From Planctomycetota bacterium (GTDB taxonomy: Bacteria > Planctomycetota > Phycisphaerae > UBA1845), in contig JAJRPG010000022.1 of NCBI GenBank assembly GCA_024280855.1, positions 11,010 to 75,009 on the forward strand: a stretch of 64,000 bases of DNA, in the 5' to 3' direction. The translations under genes and the position numbers were made by a program. A model generated the notes under the pieces. That model ran no database searches. It was not told the origin of the DNA and saw only the letters and a program-made list of their open reading frames with translations. This document shows, in pieces, positions 1 through 10,279 of the stretch. How positions within the stretch are numbered: the stretch's first letter is position 1; each line of letters starts with the position of its first letter.

Positions 1-20
1 TGGTCGTTGGGGCTGAGTAT

Positions 21-1937
21 TCATGGCTTAGAAATTTCGCTACTGCCTTCAACAATTCGAACCCGACTATTCAACATTTCTTTCGCATCTTCGGCATCAT
101 AATCTTGCACGCGACCGCTAGGCCAACGCACACGAATAGAATGCAAGATTTCATTTTCTCCAAAACCAAAGTGAATGGCATGTTCAGATTGAGATGAAAA
201 CCCCATACCGCCCTGTACTTCGCGCATCTGCTGACCAGCACTTGTAACTATAGTCGCCCGCGCACCAACCGCATCTTTTGTCGAAGCTAGCTGCCGCGAA
301 CCTACGATGACAGGCTGATCTGGCCTGCCGACCAAATCCAAACTCATGTACGCCCTACCGCTGGACTTCGTCCGCAAATCAGACTTGCCCGTTCGATTCA
401 CATAATAACACGAAGGCGCTCCCTGGTTAGCCACATACATATCAAGCCAACCGTCCAGGTTATAATCAGCCACAGCGATTCCTCGACCGTTATACAAATC
501 AGCAATACCCGCAAGCTCAGCCATCTCGACAAACGCTGGCGTGGAAGAATTTTCTTCTTGCGATTCAACCTGCATGAACAATCGGCCTCGCTCGTAACCA
601 GAAAGATCACGATCACCCATCACAGGCCAATCGGCAGCGTCAGCTGTTTGGTTCTTGGTCTGCGTAACCATCTCCTGAATGGCGTACCAATAATTATGGT
701 CCGCATCCCCCGTCACAAAACCATTCACCGTATAAATATCAAGCAAGCCGTCGTTGTTAAAATCTGCAAATTTACCGCCCCAACCCCATCCGCCGTCGTG
801 CGTGCCAACCTGTTGAGAAATGTTTCGAAAACCTCGCCCGCCCGGTGACAAGGTATCGGCACCGCTCAACCAAAGCATGTTGCCCTCATCGGTTTTGTAT
901 CTTCGCTCAAGGATATTGGTGACATAAATATCAAGATAGCCATCGTTGTTCACGTCGCCCATATCGACGTTCATCCCCTTCCACCAATCATTCCCAATTC
1001 CCGGATGCCCTTTAGGATTGACTACGATGCGGAATCGCGGCGGAGATTCTGTTGCCCCGGTGTTCAGATAAAATTCGTCAGGACCAAAATCATTGGCTAA
1101 ATAAAGATCAGGCCAACCGTCATTATTGAGATCACCCGATCCCACAGACAGCGTCCACCCTGTAAACGTCAAACCAATTTCTTGTGCGACTTCCTCAAAT
1201 CGGCCATCGCCTAGATTGCGATAAAAAACATTCCGCCCGCCATTGTCAGCGTGCGTAAAGGTCTCATGCATCACCCGCGTTGTTGCCGGCTTCCAGAGAT
1301 TGTTACGCACAAGCTTACCAGTTTTTTCATGCGTCACGACATCCGCGAAATAGTTACCCACGAGAATATCCAGCAGACCATCACGGTTGTAATCCAGGAA
1401 TGTCGCAGCGTTACCATAGCCCCAAGAATCAACACCGGCTCGGGAACTGATATCCTGAAACGTACCGTCACCACGATTTTCAAAAAGGGTATTCGGCTCC
1501 GCCCATTTAATGACGTACAAATCAAGATCGCCGTCGTTATCGATATCTCCCCAGATAGCGTGCATGGACGCGCCCTCTGGATTACCACATCCCACGCCTG
1601 CACGTTCGGTTACATCTTCAAAAGTCCCGTCGCCTCGATTGCGAAATAAGCGATTGGATTCGCCTCTGCCGGAATTGGTTACATAAAGATCAGCTGCGCC
1701 ATCGCCATCAGAATCACCCGCCGCCGCAGCCGCCCCTATCGACGATAGCCAAGGCATGACATTTTCAAAACGATCCGAAAGTTGAACCATCGAATGAACA
1801 TTCAAACAGCCCGCATCCCCAGCCTGCTCGACAAACGACACCTCAACCACCCGGCTTTGTTCAGCGCGAGGCATTAGCCAAACGTATCCCGCAGCCAGCG
1901 CGGTCGTCATTAACAAAGCTCGGATAAAATAAATCAT
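21..1937 (-). CDS. Secreted FG-GAP/VCBS-repeat protein with C-terminal ASPIC/UnbV domain (CRTAC1 family)
   Basis: 638-aa ORF with a hydrophobic N-terminus. Repeated FG-GAP Ca-binding motifs: DLNNDGWPDLYLAN, DVNNDGYLDIYVTN, DFNNDGLLDIYTVN, DYNLDGWLDMYVAN. C-terminus GGMGFSSQSE...VRWPSGRVQDY is typical of ASPIC/UnbV. Confidence 0.8.
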   Translation of the reverse strand: MIYFIRALLMTTALAAGYVWLMPRAEQSRVVEVSFVEQAGDAGCLNVHSMVQLSDRFENVMPWLSSIGAAAAAGDSDGDGAADLYVTNSGRGESNRLFRNRGDGTFEDVTERAGVGCGNPEGASMHAIWGDIDNDGDLDLYVIKWAEPNTLFENRGDGTFQDISSRAGVDSWGYGNAATFLDYNRDGLLDILVGNYFADVVTHEKTGKLVRNNLWKPATTRVMHETFTHADNGGRNVFYRNLGDGRFEEVAQEIGLTFTGWTLSVGSGDLNNDGWPDLYLANDFGPDEFYLNTGATESPPRFRIVVNPKGHPGIGNDWWKGMNVDMGDVNNDGYLDIYVTNILERRYKTDEGNMLWLSGADTLSPGGRGFRNISQQVGTHDGGWGWGGKFADFNNDGLLDIYTVNGFVTGDADHNYWYAIQEMVTQTKNQTADAADWPVMGDRDLSGYERGRLFMQVESQEENSSTPAFVEMAELAGIADLYNGRGIAVADYNLDGWLDMYVANQGAPSCYYVNRTGKSDLRTKSSGRAYMSLDLVGRPDQPVIVGSRQLASTKDAVGARATIVTSAGQQMREVQGGMGFSSQSEHAIHFGFGENEILHSIRVRWPSGRVQDYDAEDAKEMLNSRVRIVEGSSEISKP

Positions 1938-2076
1938 GTATCGCTACGCCGTTCACATACTAGCTACCTGGCGCCACTACGAAACAACACGCCCTACGCA
2001 CACCAGCCTACCAGAAATAGACGTCAAGATGAAAGATTTGACAACAGCCTGCGAATTCGTGCCAAACGAAATTCCG

Positions 2077-2388
2077 TTAAGTTAATTTTGCCCAGACGTA
2101 ACCATCTCGGATTTGACCTTCGTAGCAGGTGACACGGGCACGGTCAGAATGTGTACAAATGCCGCTGGTTAGATCAAATTCCCAGTGATGCCAAGGACAA
2201 TCTACCGTGCCATTATGAATTTCACCGCCCGACAAATTGCCGCTCGCGTGGGGGCATGAATTATCCATCACGAAAACACGCTCCGGCGCATCGAGCAGGA
2301 AAACGGCTAACTCACGATTACCGGAGACGACGAATGTCCCCTTTCCGATCTGACAGCGATCCACAGCAATTAGCTTCGTCATCGACAT
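2077..2388 (-). CDS. Small Rieske [2Fe-2S] protein (NirD-like)
   Basis: 103 aa. Rieske ligand boxes CPHASGNL and CPWHHWEF. Confidence 0.8.
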   Translation of the reverse strand: MSMTKLIAVDRCQIGKGTFVVSGNRELAVFLLDAPERVFVMDNSCPHASGNLSGGEIHNGTVDCPWHHWEFDLTSGICTHSDRARVTCYEGQIRDGYVWAKLT

Positions 2389-2403
2389 CGATTAATCCGG
2401 CTA

Positions 2404-4320
2404 TTATCTCAAGTGTCGATCGAAAAATTTAGCCATCTGCTGATAATATAGCATCCGGTTATCTTCTTTCGCAAAGCCATGTCCCTCATCAGGAAAATAA
2501 AGTTCTTCCACTTCCACGCCACGTTTTTTCAACGCCACAGCCACCTGCATCGCCTCACCGACAGGTACGCGCGGGTCGTTTAGTCCGTGGGCGAGCATTA
2601 GCGGCGTCTCGATACGATCAACCTTATAAATCGGAGACACGGATTTCAAAAATTCCGGATCGCTCAATGGCCCATACTCTACTTCACGAAGTTTCCGCCG
2701 GTACGATTTGGTCTGCTGTAAAAATGTTTGAAAATTTACTATGCCGACAATATTACAAGCCGCACCGAAAATTTCCGGTGCTTCCGTAATCACAGCCATC
2801 ACCATAAACCCACCGTAACTACCACCCCACGCAGCCACCTTTTTCTCAGACGTATAACCCTGCTCGATCAAATACTTCGCCGCCCAAATGCCATCCTTCA
2901 CGCTCTTGTGGCGATTCTTATAATTATCTGCTTCGATATAGGCCTTGCCATATCCGCTAGACCCCCGCACGTTCGGTGCAATAATGCCATAGCCTTGCGA
3001 TAGAAAATACTGAAACGCCTGGTTAAACCTCGGACGATACTGCCCTTCAGGCCCGCCATGATACGAACATAAAAAAGGAATTTTCTGTCCTGCTCGATAG
3101 CCCGTCGGCAAATACAAGAAGGCCGGTATCTCCTTACCGTCGAAACTTTTGTAGTGAATTAGTTCGGGCAACCGAAATTTTGATACGTCAATGCCCTGCG
3201 TATCAGCCACGGTAATCGCCTCGCCGCCACCGCTAGCCTGTCGCCAATTCCAACGATACACAATCCCCGGTGTATTGGCATTGCTAAGCGAGTAAAGCAA
3301 ACGATCACCTTGGAACACAACATTCCCCACCACCCCCTTCGTCATCGGTGGCCCAGCCACGGGCTTCATGCTGGTGGTATCACGCAAATGCAACACGCCA
3401 TAACCACCGTCGTTCACCACCACAGCCAATACGCTTCGATCATCATTTAGCGTCGCACCGTCGGTATGCTTACCGCTCAACTCCGCCAACATCGGCGAGA
3501 CTTTTCCACTGGACAAATCGATCGCATGTATGCGTTTCAGATCGCCATGATAATCCGAGTTGGCGAAAAACCGACTTTCATCCGCAGAATATCCCACACC
3601 GGAAAAAGACCATTTCTCATCGTGAGGCGTAATCTCACGCATCTCATCCGTCGTCAAATTGATTTCAAAAAGTTGTGAATACGAAGCTGAATTATATTTA
3701 CCAATGACAAGCTTACTTCCGTCCCCGTTAAAATCGACCGGATAGAAATACCCCTTACCCGAATGAACCTTGCGCGAAGTGCGATTAGCTACGTCGTATA
3801 CATACACATGAAAATCTGATGGCGAATCATCGTTAGCCCGATACGCGAAAGCTTTTGAATCTCGCTGCCAAGTTACGCTTCCATAAACAACTCTAGGATT
3901 TTCAAACAAAGGCTCTAGCTGCCGCTTTTCAGCATTCATCAGAAACAGATCAGCCTGCTCGCTTCCACCAGTACTAGCCGTAATGCCTATCCATTGGGCA
4001 TCCTTGCTAAGGGAATAACCGCCAATACCATCCTCGAACGATGTCAGTGCCACAGGATTGCCACTAGCATCGTCCACCGCAAATAGCTGACGTATTCCGT
4101 CCGGATTGAACGTATAATACACCGTATTATCAGCCGCAATATTAACCGACCTAGGCCAGCGCATTTTCACAAATGATTCAATTCCCGGGCCAGCGGTACG
4201 AGTCGCCGCACAACCTGTCATCCCCAAAACAACCACACTCATCAATAATCCAGCACGGGTAACGCGACAAAATAAAGACGTTCTTCGCATAATCATTCTC
4301 CGATGTATCTCAACATCCAT
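2404..4320 (-). CDS. S9 family serine peptidase (prolyl oligopeptidase/dipeptidyl peptidase type) with N-terminal beta-propeller
   Basis: Nucleophile elbow WGGSYGGFM, C-terminal PDEGHGF (catalytic His region), long propeller-like N-terminal half. Lipoprotein-like leader ...VVVLGMTGC. The real start may be an internal Met near 4290-4296. Confidence 0.8.
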   Translation of the reverse strand: MDVEIHRRMIMRRTSLFCRVTRAGLLMSVVVLGMTGCAATRTAGPGIESFVKMRWPRSVNIAADNTVYYTFNPDGIRQLFAVDDASGNPVALTSFEDGIGGYSLSKDAQWIGITASTGGSEQADLFLMNAEKRQLEPLFENPRVVYGSVTWQRDSKAFAYRANDDSPSDFHVYVYDVANRTSRKVHSGKGYFYPVDFNGDGSKLVIGKYNSASYSQLFEINLTTDEMREITPHDEKWSFSGVGYSADESRFFANSDYHGDLKRIHAIDLSSGKVSPMLAELSGKHTDGATLNDDRSVLAVVVNDGGYGVLHLRDTTSMKPVAGPPMTKGVVGNVVFQGDRLLYSLSNANTPGIVYRWNWRQASGGGEAITVADTQGIDVSKFRLPELIHYKSFDGKEIPAFLYLPTGYRAGQKIPFLCSYHGGPEGQYRPRFNQAFQYFLSQGYGIIAPNVRGSSGYGKAYIEADNYKNRHKSVKDGIWAAKYLIEQGYTSEKKVAAWGGSYGGFMVMAVITEAPEIFGAACNIVGIVNFQTFLQQTKSYRRKLREVEYGPLSDPEFLKSVSPIYKVDRIETPLMLAHGLNDPRVPVGEAMQVAVALKKRGVEVEELYFPDEGHGFAKEDNRMLYYQQMAKFFDRHLR

Positions 4321-4340
4321 TTGTTATTTATTACCGCCAA

Positions 4341-5390
4341 TCACACCGCCGCTGAAAACAAACGGGCCAAGACTACAATAGCTTTATCAATAGCAGCATC
4401 CGACACATCCATATGCGTCACTGCCCGCACGCGCTGCGCCGACACCCCAATCATCCACACGCCCTCAGCCTGCAAACGATCACACACCTGCTTAGCCGTG
4501 CCAAATTTTTCGTCGATATCAAAATAAACGATATTCGTCTCGACCATATCCACATCGACACGAACATGATTCATTTCCGACAAAGCCTTTGCCAATCGTT
4601 TCGCATTTTTGTGATCCTCAGCCAGGCGTTCCACGTTATGATCCAGCGCATAAATCGCAGCCGCGGCAATCACACCAGCTTGACGCATGCCACCACCAAA
4701 CATTTTCCGAAATCGATGTACCCGGCCAATCATCTCCACAGAACCCGCCACAGCTGAACCCACCGGAGCGCCCAACCCTTTGGAAAAACACATCGACACG
4801 GTATCAAAATACTGCGCGTAGTCCGCAGGCTTATGCCCTTTCGCCACACACGCGTTCATCATGCGAGCGCCATCCAGGTGCATACTTAGCCCATGCTTGT
4901 CAACCACGTTTTTCACTTGTTCAATAGCCTCAAGTGACCAACAAGTTCCCCCACCGCGATTGTGCGTGTTCTCAATCACCACCAAACGCGATTGTGCAAA
5001 ATGAGAATCCTTAGGCCGAATCACTTCATCAACCGCAGCCGCATCATACTGTCCGCCCTTGCCGGGAAGCAGTCGCAGTAAACAACCGGACAACGCAGCG
5101 GGCGCACCCGCTTCGTAATGATAAATATGACTATCCTCATGCGCAATGATTTCGTCACCAGGCTGAGTCTGCGCGCGAATAGCCGTCTGATTAGCCATGG
5201 ACCCAGACGGCATATAAATCGCCGCCTCCTTGCCCATAAGCTTAGCTACGCGGTCTTGCAAACGATTGACGGTGGGATCATCGCCAAAAACATCATCACC
5301 CACTTCAGCCTCAGCCATCGCCTGACGCATGGCAACACTTGGCTTCGTCACCGTGTCACTGCGCAGGTCAACAGGTATTACATCACTCAT
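4341..5390 (-). CDS. ltaE: Low-specificity L-threonine aldolase
   Basis: N-terminal [10 protein letters not shown] and the PLP-lysine region [12 protein letters not shown] are characteristic of the beta-eliminating lyase/threonine aldolase family. Confidence 0.85.
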   Translation of the reverse strand: MSDVIPVDLRSDTVTKPSVAMRQAMAEAEVGDDVFGDDPTVNRLQDRVAKLMGKEAAIYMPSGSMANQTAIRAQTQPGDEIIAHEDSHIYHYEAGAPAALSGCLLRLLPGKGGQYDAAAVDEVIRPKDSHFAQSRLVVIENTHNRGGGTCWSLEAIEQVKNVVDKHGLSMHLDGARMMNACVAKGHKPADYAQYFDTVSMCFSKGLGAPVGSAVAGSVEMIGRVHRFRKMFGGGMRQAGVIAAAAIYALDHNVERLAEDHKNAKRLAKALSEMNHVRVDVDMVETNIVYFDIDEKFGTAKQVCDRLQAEGVWMIGVSAQRVRAVTHMDVSDAAIDKAIVVLARLFSAAV

Positions 5391-5436
5391 GCTTGCCCCT
5401 CAAAATCCACTTTCGCCAATAGCCCATTCGTGGGTG

Positions 5437-5931
5437 TCACGCCTGTGTCATCATCTGGTGACGCACTCTCGATTCAACTTGTAGCACGTTATCACCAGCT
5501 AACTTAACCAGCGTCAACAGGTCCGACATAGACGAGACTTCTTCCACCTGCTCATCCACAAACCACTTCAAAAAGCTTTGCGTAGCATGATCTTTTTCAG
5601 CGATAGCCGCGTCCATCAATCCGCCGATTGCCCGCGTCACTTCAAACTCGCTTTCCAATGCCGCCTCTACAATCGCCTGGACTGACTTGTAATCCCCGCA
5701 AGGCTTGGGCACCGCTTCTAACTTGACACTGCCGCCAACTTCTTGCACATAACCCAATATCTTCAAAGCATGTTCGCGCTCTTCCGCGTATTGCTGATTA
5801 AATAGCTGTGACAGAATCTTCAAACCCATAGTATCGAACGTACAAGCCATCGACAGGTATTGATAAGCTGCGGAAAACTCCAACTTAATTTGCCCATTGA
5901 GCTTATCACACATCGTTTGCGAAATCATCAT
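5437..5931 (-). CDS. ftnA: Non-heme ferritin
   Basis: 164 aa. Ferroxidase-centre helices: LEFSAAYQYL, EEREHALK, FLKWFVDEQVEE. Confidence 0.85.
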   Translation of the reverse strand: MMISQTMCDKLNGQIKLEFSAAYQYLSMACTFDTMGLKILSQLFNQQYAEEREHALKILGYVQEVGGSVKLEAVPKPCGDYKSVQAIVEAALESEFEVTRAIGGLMDAAIAEKDHATQSFLKWFVDEQVEEVSSMSDLLTLVKLAGDNVLQVESRVRHQMMTQA

Positions 5932-6047
5932 CGTATGTTACCTCTTCTAAAACCGTGCTATAATTACACGCCTAATTATCAACGTTCTAACTCGATCCGA
6001 CTAAGGAATAATAAGGAGCCATTGCACTTTCGTCCACGCAACCCGAT

Positions 6048-7274
6048 CTAAACCACAGCGGCGGTCACAAACCCTGCATCCTCAATAGCCAGGTACTTGT
6101 CCGCAGGATTTACCACCTCCGCCAGCCACGCCCGCGCCGACGACACGTCATCAAATCGCCGCATCCCCAATACTTGAGCATCACCATCTGAAATATGATG
6201 CGTGACAATCGCCACGCGAACACCGCGCGACTTCGGATCAGTCAAATGGCGAAGTTTCACCGCTTTGTGATCCCCCAGCTTGTACCCATCTTGCTCAACC
6301 GTGAGAACCGCTTGGGCATAACTCTCGCATCGCCTCAACAAATTTATAAACGCATCATCACCAATACTATCCGGGCACGGTGCATCGAGTATGATCCCCC
6401 CGCCATCACGCACAGCTAGGTGATTATTCTTCAAGGCCTTATCCGCTTGATACATGCTCCGCCCCAGCGGCAAGGGCACGCGCAGCTCAAGACAATCAAC
6501 CGGCGCATCAAGCTTATGAACGTATATTTCCTCAACCTTCGGCAATAACTCATACAAAGTATCAATAGGATCACCCACTGCCACGAATAGAATATGCTCA
6601 CCGCAAACGATTTGATTCACGGCTACGATGCGCTTGCCGGCGTTCTGCAAAGCGCGAACAACTTTTGCCGCCCCGTCAAAAACAGGATTCCCATCTAACC
6701 GCAACACGTCTGAATGAGGCGATAAAGCGTGCGCATGATTTTGCTGAATATCAGCCATGCCCATACAACCAATCGTCACCGTCTTGTGAGCGCCGGTTAA
6801 CCCCGCAAAATAATGCGGCTCCACGCTCCCAATCGCTATAATTGTAGTACTTTGAGCCAACCAAGGGTGTATATGCCAATCCTTAAAGGCCACCAAGTAA
6901 CCATCATCTCGGCTATCGTGCCATTGGATTTCTTTTAGCGTCAGACCTGTGTCACTAAATGTATCGCGTTCGAAGGCCTGCTTCTCATCATCGGCGATAA
7001 CATGCGTACCCGTGGCGACTAATAAACGAAACCGACGAGACATCTTACGTTCATTAAGCCATTGAGCGATAGCCAATAACGTCTCGCGCGTCCTGGTTGA
7101 GCGGTGACTATCATTGACGATAATAAGCACAGGCTGGTCATCTTTCTCAGCCTCAACCATCGCAGTTTCAAAATCTGAGTTCGCAGAAAATGCCTCGCGC
7201 AACAATGCATCCGAATCGCACGAAGCATCTATGCACTTGGGACCAATAGTTGGATAAGATGAAAAAGCTGTCAT
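6048..7274 (-). CDS. LarA-family (DUF2088) nickel-pincer-dependent racemase/epimerase homolog
   Basis: 408 aa, in the LarA size range. IVNDSHRSTRT and GSVEPHYFAGLTGAHKTV resemble LarA substrate/cofactor motifs. Assigned from motif memory only. Confidence 0.6.
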   Translation of the reverse strand: MTAFSSYPTIGPKCIDASCDSDALLREAFSANSDFETAMVEAEKDDQPVLIIVNDSHRSTRTRETLLAIAQWLNERKMSRRFRLLVATGTHVIADDEKQAFERDTFSDTGLTLKEIQWHDSRDDGYLVAFKDWHIHPWLAQSTTIIAIGSVEPHYFAGLTGAHKTVTIGCMGMADIQQNHAHALSPHSDVLRLDGNPVFDGAAKVVRALQNAGKRIVAVNQIVCGEHILFVAVGDPIDTLYELLPKVEEIYVHKLDAPVDCLELRVPLPLGRSMYQADKALKNNHLAVRDGGGIILDAPCPDSIGDDAFINLLRRCESYAQAVLTVEQDGYKLGDHKAVKLRHLTDPKSRGVRVAIVTHHISDGDAQVLGMRRFDDVSSARAWLAEVVNPADKYLAIEDAGFVTAAVV

Positions 7275-7319
7275 GCTATCTTTCGCAGATACGCAGCCCT
7301 TTAGTGGCTACAAACTAAT

Positions 7320-7982
7320 TCACTCAGACGACCGCGAATTTAACCAGGCACGAAGTTTCTTAAATATCACTTCAGCCCGCTGCTCAATCAAATCAAAACG
7401 TCGATTAGCCATGTCGTCAGGCGTAAACAAACTGGCGACAAATCCCGCCCCCGCGCAACCAGCCTCAAGAAACTCAATAAAATTATCCGGATCAACTCCC
7501 GCCGTCGGGAAAATGCGCAGATGAGGTTGAGGCCCGCGCACCGCCCGCACGAAACTTACGCCCCCAGCCGGTGCCGGAAACAGCTTCACAAAGTCAGCAC
7601 CAAGCCGATGGGCACGTTCCATTTCCGTCGGCGTCGAAGCCCCAGGGATCATGGGCACATCCAGCGAGGCAGCCGCAGCTAAAACCTCTGGATCGCATAT
7701 CGGAGACACCAGGAACTGCGCACCAGCCTCAACAGCCTGCCTGGCCTGTTCCGCGCTCATGACTGTCCCCGCACCAACCGTAAGCTCAGTATTTTCCCGA
7801 AACGATGCGATCAGCCCAAATGCGTTCGGAGTAGTCAGTGTAAATTCAACCAGCCGAAAACCGCCAGCCACCGCAGCGTCCATAGCCTCTCGAGCGAGCG
7901 ACTCATCCTGCGTGCGCACAATCGCACTGAGCTTGTTCTCCACTATGACGGAGGCTATCTGCTCTCTTCTTGTTCGATTCAC
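7320..7982 (-). CDS. eda: 2-dehydro-3-deoxyphosphogluconate / 4-hydroxy-2-oxoglutarate aldolase
   Basis: 220 aa. LSAIVRT, VEFTLTTPNA, GAGTV and the Schiff-base lysine region FVKLFPA. Confidence 0.85.
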   Translation of the reverse strand: MNRTRREQIASVIVENKLSAIVRTQDESLAREAMDAAVAGGFRLVEFTLTTPNAFGLIASFRENTELTVGAGTVMSAEQARQAVEAGAQFLVSPICDPEVLAAAASLDVPMIPGASTPTEMERAHRLGADFVKLFPAPAGGVSFVRAVRGPQPHLRIFPTAGVDPDNFIEFLEAGCAGAGFVASLFTPDDMANRRFDLIEQRAEVIFKKLRAWLNSRSSE

Positions 7983-8270
7983 CCGTTAATCTCCAGCAAT
8001 CCCATAACCGTACAGCTGAAGTCATTATGGCTGATCTCGCGGTGTGCGAAAGATCAAATTTGAGCCTCTACCGGCGAAGGTATTCCTTACACTAAGTGCC
8101 TCTTGACTGAATAGGAGAACGAATGTAGCCTATGATACATAATATGCTTCCGGCTAACAGTTAAAGCCGGGAGAACAATATGACGAATATACTACATCGA
8201 CTCTTGATGAGATAGCCATCGCTGGGCTTTGTCCACCATATATTCACAGGCAAGTATGTGGAGATAATAA

Positions 8271-9167
8271 ATGAGAAGTGATACTTCAATTTCAAGTAAG
8301 CTCTCAACAGGGCCGCGGAGTCCTAACCGCCTCTTAACTCTTGTTTATTGTTTGGCATTCTCAGCCCAATCGACAATGCCCATTTTCGCGCAAGATTCGG
8401 ATCCCATACTCCACTCTGCTATGGATGAGCCACTTGTGACGGATCGACCCGACTTCACAGAAAGCACTGAAGCGATACCTACAGCACACACACAATTCGA
8501 GCTTGGATATACCTTTACTTATGATCGAGAAGATGGCCAGCGCCAACGCAATCAAACATTCCCTGAAATTTTAGTGAGAATCGGCATAGCGCCGGACTTC
8601 GAATTGCGTATCGGCTGGGAAGGTTATTCAATCTCAGACGAACTATTTGATACTCCCAACCGCAGCGGTCGATTAGTCTCGCGCGAAGATACTCGGCAAG
8701 GATCGAATGATCTCTCGGTAGGTATTAAGCACAAACTCTTTGAACAAGAAGGATTTCTTCCACATTTTGGAATCCTCGGAGCCATCAGCGTCCCGTCGGG
8801 GAGTCCGGGTTTCTCTTCCAGTGATGTCGATCCATCGCTGGTGTTGTTATGGGCATACGATATTAACGATATCTTTGCTATTGCTGGCAATATCGGTTTC
8901 GCCGGTATCAGCGACGATGTAGAACGGTTCCTACAAACATCTGCATCTATTAGCCTTGCTATGTCCCTTTCCGATCGGCTTGGTTTCTACGTTGAGTACT
9001 TTGGTTTCTATCCTGGAGGCATGGACACGGATGATGCACACAACATCAACGGTGGATTCACTTATTTAATTAGCAATGATTTCCAGCTCGATATGCGACT
9101 CGGCGCGGGGCTAAACGACCAAGCCGACGACATCGTTGCCGGTGTTGGGTTTTCTGTAAGGATTTGA
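8271..9167 (+). CDS. Outer-membrane beta-barrel protein (MetA-pathway/phenol-degradation-like transporter family)
   Basis: Signal peptide followed by TDRPDFTEST, the family hallmark. Alternating beta-strand pattern and a terminal aromatic-rich strand GVGFSVRI. Confidence 0.6.
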   Translation: MRSDTSISSKLSTGPRSPNRLLTLVYCLAFSAQSTMPIFAQDSDPILHSAMDEPLVTDRPDFTESTEAIPTAHTQFELGYTFTYDREDGQRQRNQTFPEILVRIGIAPDFELRIGWEGYSISDELFDTPNRSGRLVSREDTRQGSNDLSVGIKHKLFEQEGFLPHFGILGAISVPSGSPGFSSSDVDPSLVLLWAYDINDIFAIAGNIGFAGISDDVERFLQTSASISLAMSLSDRLGFYVEYFGFYPGGMDTDDAHNINGGFTYLISNDFQLDMRLGAGLNDQADDIVAGVGFSVRI

Positions 9168-9249
9168 AATCGGTAGTGCATAATTTGAACACCCGAATAA
9201 GTAGATGCTCGACAATAGATCCCCGCAAACAGTAAGAAATACACGAGAG

Positions 9250-10257
9250 ATGAACATGAAAGATAAACGCCACAAAAACCATAAGAAAATCGGCCTCCTT
9301 GTTTGCCTATTAGGTTGGGCCTTATTAGTTACGATGACTGATAACGCCATGGTCAATGCCGCTCCCAAAAATTATCCGTTTAACATTACGACTACCACCG
9401 GCATGATTACCGACATAGTCCGCCAGGTTGTAGGCCAACGCGCCATCGTAAGAGGCATCATGGGTGAAGGCATCGACCCTCACCTTTACACGCCGACGCG
9501 CGGAGACGTCGCCGCGTTTCTCTCGGCTGACATGATTTTTTATAGCGGTTTAATGCTCGAAGGAAAAATGGCTGGCACTCTGTCGAAAGTTGCGAGATCC
9601 GGCAAACCCGTACTCGCCGTTACGGAATCTATTGAAAAGTCATACCTACTCGAACCGCCGGAATTCAAAGGACATCCCGACCCCCACGTCTGGATGGACC
9701 CTACTGCATGGCAACAGGCCGTGGACGCCGTCGCTCGCGCCTTGTCAGCGTATGACTCGCCAAATGCAGCCGAATATCAATCAAACGCGGCTAAGTACAA
9801 TGCGCAACTTCAAAAACTAACGGACTATGTGCGAGCCTCCATCAGCACGATTCCTAAAGACCGTCGCGTGCTTATCACCGCTCATGATGCTTTCAATTAT
9901 TTTGGCAGAGCTTTTAACATTGAGGTCAAGGGTATCCAAGGCATCTCAACCGAATCCGAAGCTGGCTTACAAGACATCAACAACCTAATCGATTATATCG
10001 TCGAACTGAAAATTCAAGCGGTGTTTGTCGAGACAAGCGTGTCGGACAAAAACGTAAGAGCCTTAACCGAAGGCGCAGCCGCCCGACACCACAACATGAT
10101 TATCGGAGGCACACTTTTTTCAGACGCGATGGGTAAGCCTGGCACCTACGAAGGAAGCTATATCGGCATGATCGATCACAACGCTACCGTTATCACCCGC
10201 GCTCTAGGCGGAACCGCGCCGCAAAAAGGATTCCAGGAAAAACTCTCGCAACCCTAA
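9250..10257 (+). CDS. Metal (Mn/Zn/Fe) ABC transporter substrate-binding protein, TroA/ZnuA/MntC family
   Basis: DPHLYTPT and DPHVWMDP metal-ligand motifs, with a signal peptide. The ORF is open from 9205; I prefer the ATG at 9250 (MNMKDK...). Confidence 0.85.
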   Translation: MNMKDKRHKNHKKIGLLVCLLGWALLVTMTDNAMVNAAPKNYPFNITTTTGMITDIVRQVVGQRAIVRGIMGEGIDPHLYTPTRGDVAAFLSADMIFYSGLMLEGKMAGTLSKVARSGKPVLAVTESIEKSYLLEPPEFKGHPDPHVWMDPTAWQQAVDAVARALSAYDSPNAAEYQSNAAKYNAQLQKLTDYVRASISTIPKDRRVLITAHDAFNYFGRAFNIEVKGIQGISTESEAGLQDINNLIDYIVELKIQAVFVETSVSDKNVRALTEGAAARHHNMIIGGTLFSDAMGKPGTYEGSYIGMIDHNATVITRALGGTAPQKGFQEKLSQP

Positions 10258-10279
10258 GCATTGTTCAAGGCTTACATTT

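Noticed and set aside
8150-8170. Hairpin CCGGCT-N9-AGCCGG in the 288-nt region upstream of the outer-membrane protein gene, considered as a riboswitch or terminator.
   Set aside because: It is a single 6-bp stem with no U-tract and no match to any riboswitch consensus I can recall. The evidence is insufficient.
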